The translations under genes were made by a program, and so were the position numbers. This document shows, piece after piece, positions 57,821-64,000 of a stretch of 64,000 bases of DNA. Every line of letters starts with the position of its first letter. The stretch's first letter is position 1. Location: assembly GCA_031459875.1 (NCBI GenBank), contig JAVKHQ010000004.1:66609-130608 (forward strand), given 5' to 3'. The stretch is from Candidatus Fervidifonticultor sextus. GTDB taxonomy: Bacteria > Sysuimicrobiota > Sysuimicrobiia > Sysuimicrobiales > Humicultoraceae. The notes below the pieces were generated by a model that was given only the letters and a program-made list of their open reading frames with translations, had not been told where the DNA came from and ran no database searches.

Positions 57821-60213
57821 AGACCCTCAAACTGGTGGCCGCCCTGCGCTTTGTCGGCGTATCGGGCGTCGCCCGATCGGTGCACTACTCGATCGTCAGG
57901 TGGCTGGTCGGCCAGCGCTATCGCAGGCCGCAGGCGAGGGGGCTGCCAAAGCCACCTGGACGATGCCAGAGCGCGGAACCGCTGGCGGGCGGGGCGCGGT
58001 TCCGTTTCGACCACGCCGACCTCGAGATTCGATTTCTGGCCGCCGACCTGGTCCGCGTCACCTGGGGCCCGGGAACCCTCCCGCTTCCCTATGCGCTGGC
58101 GAAGACGGACTGGCCCGAGGTGCCTGTCGGCCTGCGCCAGGAGGCCGGCCGGTGGGTGCTGCCCAGTGAAGCCCTCCGGGTCGAGGTCGGGTTGGACGGC
58201 GCTCTGCGGTTCCTCGATCCATCCGGTCGGGTGCTGCGTGAGGATGCCCCGCCGCGGCGCCGCGGGGAGGAAGTGACCCTCCGCACCGCCCTGCGGACGG
58301 AAGAACACGTCTACGGGTTGGGCAACCGCACCGTCCCGCTCAACCTCCGCGGCCGGACCTACCAGATGTGGAACCGCGATCCGGGCGCCGGGTACAGTCC
58401 GATGGATGACCCGATCTACCTGTGTCTCCCGGTGTACCTGACGGTGCACGCCGATGGGAGTTGCCTGGTCTTCCACGAGAACCCTCATCGGGGCACCTTC
58501 ACCTTCGCCGAGGCGGCCGAGGTGCGCTTCGAGGGCGGAGCTTTGCGCTACTACGTCATTCCCGGGCCGCCGGCACGGGCGCTGGAGCGCTACACGGAAC
58601 TGACCGGCCGGCCGCCGCTGCCGCCCCGCTGGGCGCTGGGCTATCACCAGTCCCGCTGGTCCTACGACACCCAAGCCGAGGTGCGCGAGGTGGCGGACCG
58701 CTTCCGGGGCCACGGGCTCCCCCTCAGTGCCATCCACCTGGACATCGACTACATGGACGGCTTCAGGGTGTTCACGGTGAGCCCTGTGCGCTTTCCCGGC
58801 CTCACTGCGCTGGCGCGCGCATTGCTGGAGCGGGAGATCCGGCTGGTGGCGATCATCGATCCAGGCGTGAAGGTCGACCGCGGGTACGACGTCTTCACCG
58901 ACGGGGACCGCGAGGGCGTCTTCTGCCGGCTGCCCGACGGGTCGCTGGCGACCGCGCCAGTGTGGCCAGGGTGGTGTGCGTTTCCCGACTTCACCGATCC
59001 CCGGGCGCGCGCCTGGTGGGGCCGGTGGTACCCGCGCCTGCTGGATGCCGGCATCGCCGGCTTCTGGCACGACATGAACGAACCGGCGGCGTTTGCGGCA
59101 TGGGGCGACCCGACCTTACCGGATGCCGCCCGCCACGCCATGGACGGCCGGGGTGGCGACCACCGGGAGGCGCACAACCTCTACGGCTTCCTGGAGAACC
59201 TGGCCGGCTACGAAGCCCTGCGGGCGCTGCGGCCGGATGCGCGACCGTTCATCGTGTCCCGTTCGGGATGGGCGGGCGTCCAGCGGTACGCCTGGACCTG
59301 GACCGGGGACATCGAGAGCACCTGGCGGGCTCTCCGGCAGACGGTCGCGACGGTGATCAATCTCGGGCTGTCGGGAGTTCCCTACACCGGGCCGGACGTC
59401 GGCGGATTCTCCGGCGCGCCGTCGGCCGAACTCTACCTGCGCTGGCTGCAACTCGCGGCCTTCCTGCCCTTCTTCCGGACGCACTCGGCGAAGGGCACGC
59501 CGCGGCGCGAGCCGTGGGCATTCGGCACCGAGGCGCTCCAGATCGCGCGCGAGGTCCTGCGGCTGCGCTACCGCCTGCTGCCGTACCTGTACACGCTGGC
59601 GTGGGAAGCCAGCCGCACCGGGCATCCGCTGGTGCGCCCGCTGTGGTGGCCGGACGCAGGTGATCCGGCGCTGTGGGACGTCCAGGACGCCTTCTTCCTG
59701 GGCGACGCGCTGCTCGTCGCGCCGGTCCTCGACGAAGGGGCGCGCTCGCGGGACGTCACGCTCCCTGAGGGGACCTGGTACGAGGTGGACAGCGACCGCG
59801 TCCACCGCGGCCCGGGTCGGGTCACGCTGGATGCCCCCCTGGACCGCGTCCCGGTGCTGGCGCGCGCCGCCAGCGTGCTGCCCATGACGGAGCCCCCGGG
59901 GGGATCGGCCAGCGCGCCGCTGGTCCTGCAGGTCTACCGGCCCGACGGATCCCCGGGCGGCGGAGTCCTCTACTCCGACGCAGGCGACGGCTACGGCCCG
60001 GGCCGGCTGGATCACTTCGTCCTCCACCCTGACGGCGGAGGATTGCGGGTCGCCTGGACCGGCGAAGGGGCGTACCCCTTCCCCTACGGGGAGGTGGACG
60101 TGCACATCCGCGGGATGCCGGTCCGGCAGGTGACCGTCGACGGCGGCCGGGTTCCCTGCGAGCACAACCGATTCCGCACGCGCCCCTTCAGGGAGGTGTC
60201 GTGTGAGCCCTGA
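57817..60213 (+). CDS. GH31 alpha-glucosidase
   Basis: LDIDYMD, IIDPGVK, WHDMNEP, WTGD, DVGGF, FFRTHS. GTG overlaps the mrfB stop. Confidence 0.95.
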   Translation: MKTLKLVAALRFVGVSGVARSVHYSIVRWLVGQRYRRPQARGLPKPPGRCQSAEPLAGGARFRFDHADLEIRFLAADLVRVTWGPGTLPLPYALAKTDWPEVPVGLRQEAGRWVLPSEALRVEVGLDGALRFLDPSGRVLREDAPPRRRGEEVTLRTALRTEEHVYGLGNRTVPLNLRGRTYQMWNRDPGAGYSPMDDPIYLCLPVYLTVHADGSCLVFHENPHRGTFTFAEAAEVRFEGGALRYYVIPGPPARALERYTELTGRPPLPPRWALGYHQSRWSYDTQAEVREVADRFRGHGLPLSAIHLDIDYMDGFRVFTVSPVRFPGLTALARALLEREIRLVAIIDPGVKVDRGYDVFTDGDREGVFCRLPDGSLATAPVWPGWCAFPDFTDPRARAWWGRWYPRLLDAGIAGFWHDMNEPAAFAAWGDPTLPDAARHAMDGRGGDHREAHNLYGFLENLAGYEALRALRPDARPFIVSRSGWAGVQRYAWTWTGDIESTWRALRQTVATVINLGLSGVPYTGPDVGGFSGAPSAELYLRWLQLAAFLPFFRTHSAKGTPRREPWAFGTEALQIAREVLRLRYRLLPYLYTLAWEASRTGHPLVRPLWWPDAGDPALWDVQDAFFLGDALLVAPVLDEGARSRDVTLPEGTWYEVDSDRVHRGPGRVTLDAPLDRVPVLARAASVLPMTEPPGGSASAPLVLQVYRPDGSPGGGVLYSDAGDGYGPGRLDHFVLHPDGGGLRVAWTGEGAYPFPYGEVDVHIRGMPVRQVTVDGGRVPCEHNRFRTRPFREVSCEP

Positions 60214-60262
60214 CCTTCATGCACTGTGCCCGGCCGGCCGGGCCTGGAGGGGAGGACTGCCG

Positions 60263-61150
60263 CTACGCCTCCACCCCCGCCAGCGACTCGACAAACCGCG
60301 CAATCCCGGAGTGGTCCAGGTCCCCCAGCCCCTGCGCCGCCATGGCCCCCAGCACTTCGTGCACGAGGGCCGTCGTGAACAAGGGGACGCCGTGGGCTTC
60401 CCCGGTCGCCAGGGCGATCCCCAGGTCCTTGTGATGGAGTCGGACCCGGAACCCGGGCTGGAAGGTCCGGTCGAGCATGCGCTGGCCGTGCACCTCGAGG
60501 ATCCGGCTCTGCGCGAACCCGCCCAGCAGCGCCTGGCGGACCCGGGCCGGATCGACCCCGGCCTTCCTGGCCAGGGTGAGCGCCTCGGCCACCGCCATGA
60601 TGGTGATCCCCACGATGATCTGATTGCAGGCCTTGGCGATCTGCCCGGCGCCGGGTTCCTCGCCGATGTGGATGATGTTCTTCCCCATGGCCTGGAAGAC
60701 GGGCAGCACGCGGTCGAAGGCGGCCCTGGGCCCGCCGACCATGATCGACAGCGTGGCCTCGATGGCGCCCTTCTGCCCGCCGCTGACCGGCGCGTCCAGC
60801 GCCTGCACGCCCCGGGGCGCCAGCGCCTCGGCCACCTCCCGGCTCGTCTGGGGGGAGATCGTGCTCATGTCCACGACGACCTGGCCACTGCGGGCCCCTT
60901 CGACGACGCCGTTGGCCCCCAGGAGCACCTCCCGCACCTGGGGGGAGTCGGGCAGCATCGTGATCACCACGTCGCTTCGCTCCGCCACCGCCTTCGGGGA
61001 GCCCCCGTCGGTCGCGCCGGAGGCGACCAGTTCGTCGACGGGACCGCGCGACCGGCTGTGGACGACGACGGGAAACCCGGCTTTGCGCAGATTGAGGGCC
61101 ATGGGCTTGCCCATGATGCCCAGCCCGATGAATCCAATCCGTTCGGCCAT
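60263..61150 (-). CDS. garR: 2-hydroxy-3-oxopropionate (tartronate semialdehyde) reductase
   Basis: GFIGLGIMGKPM, MLPDSPQV, DAPVSGG, KACNQ, GGFAQSRIL, PGFRVRLHHKDL. Confidence 0.88.
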   Translation of the reverse strand: MAERIGFIGLGIMGKPMALNLRKAGFPVVVHSRSRGPVDELVASGATDGGSPKAVAERSDVVITMLPDSPQVREVLLGANGVVEGARSGQVVVDMSTISPQTSREVAEALAPRGVQALDAPVSGGQKGAIEATLSIMVGGPRAAFDRVLPVFQAMGKNIIHIGEEPGAGQIAKACNQIIVGITIMAVAEALTLARKAGVDPARVRQALLGGFAQSRILEVHGQRMLDRTFQPGFRVRLHHKDLGIALATGEAHGVPLFTTALVHEVLGAMAAQGLGDLDHSGIARFVESLAGVEA

Positions 61151-61162
61151 CCTCGCCTCCTC

Positions 61163-61951
61163 CTACGCGCGCGCGTAGCCCATCGCCTCGATCCAGTCGA
61201 AGGACTCGTCCGTGGGCCCGGTGGGCCTGTATTCCAGCCCGACCTCGCCTTCATAGTCGGTCCGGTCCAGGACGCGGAACAGGTACGAGAAGTTGATCTC
61301 GCCGGTGCCCGGCTGGTTGCGGTCGGGGGCGTCCGCCACCTGGATGTGCCCGATCCGGCCGATGTTGTTCCGCAACGTGTAGGTCAGGTTCCCCTCCATC
61401 CGCTGGGCGTGGTAGACGTCGTACTGCACCTTGAAGTTGGCCGCCCCCACCGCGTCCTGCAGGGCAAATGCCTCGCCCGAGGTGCGGAGGAAGAAGCCCG
61501 GGATGTCGAAGGTGTTGATCGGCTCCACCAGCAGGACCAGCCCCTCCCGTTCGAAGGCGCCTGCGGCGTACTTCAGGTTGTCCACCAGGCACGCCCACTG
61601 CTCGGCGAGCGGGACGCCGTCGAGTTGCTTGCCCACCAGGCAGTTGACGCGGGGACAGCCCAGCCGGCGCGCCACATCCATGGCCAGGCGCACGCCGTCG
61701 CGGAACTCCTGACGGCGTCCCGGGTCCGTGGCGATCCCGCGGTCGCCGGCCGCCCAGTCGCCGGCCGGGAGGTTGAAGAGGACCTGGCGCAGCCCCAGCC
61801 GGCGCAGCTCCCCGGCGATCGCGTCGACGTCGTGCTCGTAGGGAAACATGTACTCGACCGCGGAAAATCCGGCACGGGCCGCCGCATCGAAGCGGGCCAT
61901 GAACGGTCGGTCGGTCCACAGGAACGTCAGGCTGGCAGAAAACCGCGGCAT
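61163..61951 (-). CDS. hyi: Hydroxypyruvate isomerase
   Basis: AVEYMFPY, LFNLPAGDW, EPINTFDIPGF, YDVYHAQRMEG, HIQVADAP, GTGEIN. Confidence 0.93.
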   Translation of the reverse strand: MPRFSASLTFLWTDRPFMARFDAAARAGFSAVEYMFPYEHDVDAIAGELRRLGLRQVLFNLPAGDWAAGDRGIATDPGRRQEFRDGVRLAMDVARRLGCPRVNCLVGKQLDGVPLAEQWACLVDNLKYAAGAFEREGLVLLVEPINTFDIPGFFLRTSGEAFALQDAVGAANFKVQYDVYHAQRMEGNLTYTLRNNIGRIGHIQVADAPDRNQPGTGEINFSYLFRVLDRTDYEGEVGLEYRPTGPTDESFDWIEAMGYARA

Positions 61952-62182
61952 CGGCACCTCCGCCATGTGGTGTGCAAACCCGCCTTCCAGTATACGACAC
62001 GCGCCCCCGCCGCCATCGGGCCTCACCCCGATGCCGGCGGCACGCGCGGCGGCTATCCTGAATGGGTGGGGCCGCCCGGCGTGCCTGCTCGGGCGCGCGC
62101 CTTCCTGACGGGACACGAATCCGGCAGGGGAAGGCCCGCGCGCGGGAGAAGCGCGATAGGGCCGAGCGCAGGAGGGACGACA

Positions 62183-63238
62183 ATGGCCGTGGTGACCTAC
62201 GAGATTGGCACCTATACGTTCAAGCCCCAGGAGTTCTTCCCCAGGGACCTCTTCGACCGCATCACCGAGGTGCGGGTGACGCGGCCGGGGGTCGTGGAGG
62301 AGGAAGCCCGCCGGCGGCAGCGCCGGAGCCGGCTTGCCACCGACGGCCGCCTGGTCATCCTGGCCGCGGACCACCCGGCGCGCAACGTCACCGCCGTGGG
62401 AGACGACCCCATCGCCATGGGGAACCGGTGGGGCCTGCTCGGGCGCATCCTGCGGGTGGTGACGGCCCCGGATGCCGACGGCGTGATGACGACCCCGGAC
62501 ATCATGGAGGAGTTGTTCATCGTCAGCCATCTGGTCCGCGAGTTGGGCGGGCCGTCGTTTTTGGACGGCAAGGTCCTGCTGGGCTGCATGAACCGCGGCG
62601 GGCTGGCGGGCGCGGTGTTCGAGCTGGACGACCGAATGACCGCCTTCACGCCGGAGCGCATCGCGCAGCTGGGCCTCGACGGGGCCAAGTTGATGTTCCG
62701 GCTCGACCTCGGCGAGCCGGCCGCCCTCGACACGATCGAGGCCTGCGCCCGGGCGATCGACCGGCTGACCGACCTGGGCCTCCCGGCCTTCCTGGAGTGC
62801 CTGGCGGTCCAGAAGAGCGAAGGCAAGTACAGGATGCTCAAGAGCGCGCCCGAACTGGTCAAGGTCATCGGCGTGGCCTCGGCGCTGGGCAAGTCGTCGC
62901 TGGGCACCTGGCTGAAGATCCCCTACTGCGACCACTACGACCTGATCGCCCAGGCGACCACCTGTCCGATCCTCATGCTGGGCGGTGAGGCCAGAGGCGA
63001 CCCGACGGGGATTCTGACCGAGTTCGCCGCCGGGATGCGCGCCGGCGCCTCCATTCGCGGGGCGCTGGTGGGTCGCAACGTCACCTTCCCCGGCCGCGAC
63101 GACCCCCGGGCCGTCGCCCATGCGGTGGCCGGGATCGTCCACCGGGGCTGGGACGCCTCGCAGGCCGCTGCGGCGCTGCCGTCCGTGCGAGACCAGGAGA
63201 TCGACTTCTTCACGCGCCTGCTGGCGCGCGGGAGGTGA
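62183..63238 (+). CDS. Class I TIM-barrel aldolase-like protein (Cgl0159-like)
   Basis: ILAADHPAR, MNRGGLAGAVFELDDR, WLKIP, LMLGG, GALVGR. Confidence 0.82.
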   Translation: MAVVTYEIGTYTFKPQEFFPRDLFDRITEVRVTRPGVVEEEARRRQRRSRLATDGRLVILAADHPARNVTAVGDDPIAMGNRWGLLGRILRVVTAPDADGVMTTPDIMEELFIVSHLVRELGGPSFLDGKVLLGCMNRGGLAGAVFELDDRMTAFTPERIAQLGLDGAKLMFRLDLGEPAALDTIEACARAIDRLTDLGLPAFLECLAVQKSEGKYRMLKSAPELVKVIGVASALGKSSLGTWLKIPYCDHYDLIAQATTCPILMLGGEARGDPTGILTEFAAGMRAGASIRGALVGRNVTFPGRDDPRAVAHAVAGIVHRGWDASQAAAALPSVRDQEIDFFTRLLARGR

Positions 63239-63245
63239 GACGCGC

Positions 63246-64000
63246 ATGGCGCCGCTGCGCGGCAACCTGATCGTCGGCCAGTCGGGCGGGCCCACCGCCG
63301 TAATCAACAGCAGCCTGGCCGGCGTGATCCACGAGGCCCTCGAGCACGACGCGATCGAGGAGATCTACGGGATGCGCCACGGCGTCGAAGGGCTGCTGGC
63401 CGAGCAGATTGTGGACCTGGGCCGCCAGAGCGCCGCGGTGATCGAAGGGCTGCGCGCGACGCCGTCTGCGGCCCTGGGCTCGTGCCGACACAAACTCACC
63501 GCCACCGACTACGAGCGACTGCTGACAGTGCTGCAGGGGCACAACATTCGTTACTTTCTCTATATTGGCGGCAACGACTCGGCCGATACCGCCTGGCGCC
63601 TGGGCCGGCTGGCGGCGGAGCGCGGCTACGACCTGCGCGTGATGAGTGTACCCAAGACGGTGGACAACGACCTGGTGGACACCGATCACTGCCCGGGGTA
63701 CGGCAGCGTGGCCCGGTGGCTGGCCGTCGCCGTCCGCGACGCCGGACTGGACACCGAGGCGATCGGCGTGGTGGACACCGTCAAGGTCATCGAGACCATG
63801 GGCCGCAACACCGGGTGGATCACGGCCGCCACCGCCCTGGCGCGGGACCACGAGGACGCCGCCCCGCACCTGATCTACCTGCCGGAACGCCCGCTGATCC
63901 GCGATAGGTTCCTGGCCGACGTCGACCGTGTCTACCGCCGACTTGGCTACGCGGTGATCACGGTCTGTGAGGGGCTGAAGGACGAGCGTGGCGAGTACCT
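63246..64000 (+). CDS. PfkA-family phosphofructokinase-like kinase, PPi-type signature (partial)
   Basis: Manual translation: GQSGGPTAVIN, LGSCRHKL, IGGNDS, PKTVDNDL, ETMGRNTGW. Runs off the window. Confidence 0.92.
   Translation, partial: MAPLRGNLIVGQSGGPTAVINSSLAGVIHEALEHDAIEEIYGMRHGVEGLLAEQIVDLGRQSAAVIEGLRATPSAALGSCRHKLTATDYERLLTVLQGHNIRYFLYIGGNDSADTAWRLGRLAAERGYDLRVMSVPKTVDNDLVDTDHCPGYGSVARWLAVAVRDAGLDTEAIGVVDTVKVIETMGRNTGWITAATALARDHEDAAPHLIYLPERPLIRDRFLADVDRVYRRLGYAVITVCEGLKDERGEY

Noticed and set aside
57817..64000. Sulfoglycolysis cluster (GH31, aldolase, reductase, isomerase, kinase)
   Set aside because: The GH31 nucleophile motif is WHDMNEP (alpha-glucosidase type), not the sulfoquinovosidase WMADFGE type. 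The reductase has DAPVSGG rather than the YihU GRT sulfonate motif.

Overview
High-GC (roughly 70% by eye) bacterial chromosomal window that is almost entirely coding. No integrase, transposase, prophage or CRISPR array was recognised. Lpt-type outer-membrane genes occur together with Gram-positive-style regulation (T-box, CGAAC-N4-GTTCG SOS boxes), which suggests a diderm Terrabacteria lineage such as Armatimonadota/CSP1-3; this placement is inference only. Recognised content: peptidases, a three-subunit transhydrogenase, aquaporin, an adenine-deaminase-like enzyme, tRNA-Phe and tRNA-Asp, peptide and branched-chain ABC transporters, hutU, an ilvB-ilvC-ilvN-leuACD-cimA-leuB operon, an lptF/lptC-A/lptD-like cluster, mrfAB-like repair genes, a GH31 glycosidase, hyi/garR, a class I aldolase and a partial PfkA-family kinase. 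Best leads: (1) a tandem ykkC subtype-2a (ppGpp-type) riboswitch plus Leu T-box ahead of the ilv-leu operon; (2) a three-gene operon of unknown function directly behind tRNA-Asp, with two paralogous helical proteins and a possible COMM-domain-like protein; (3) a divergent kinase/aldolase/Hyi/tartronate-semialdehyde-reductase cluster that could be an EMP-like route for 5-keto sugar acids; (4) a recurrent AGG(A/G)-N17-19-GAA promoter motif upstream of about 12 genes; (5) an M28 peptidase pseudogene carrying an internal inversion; (6) two small ORFs missed by the ORF track.
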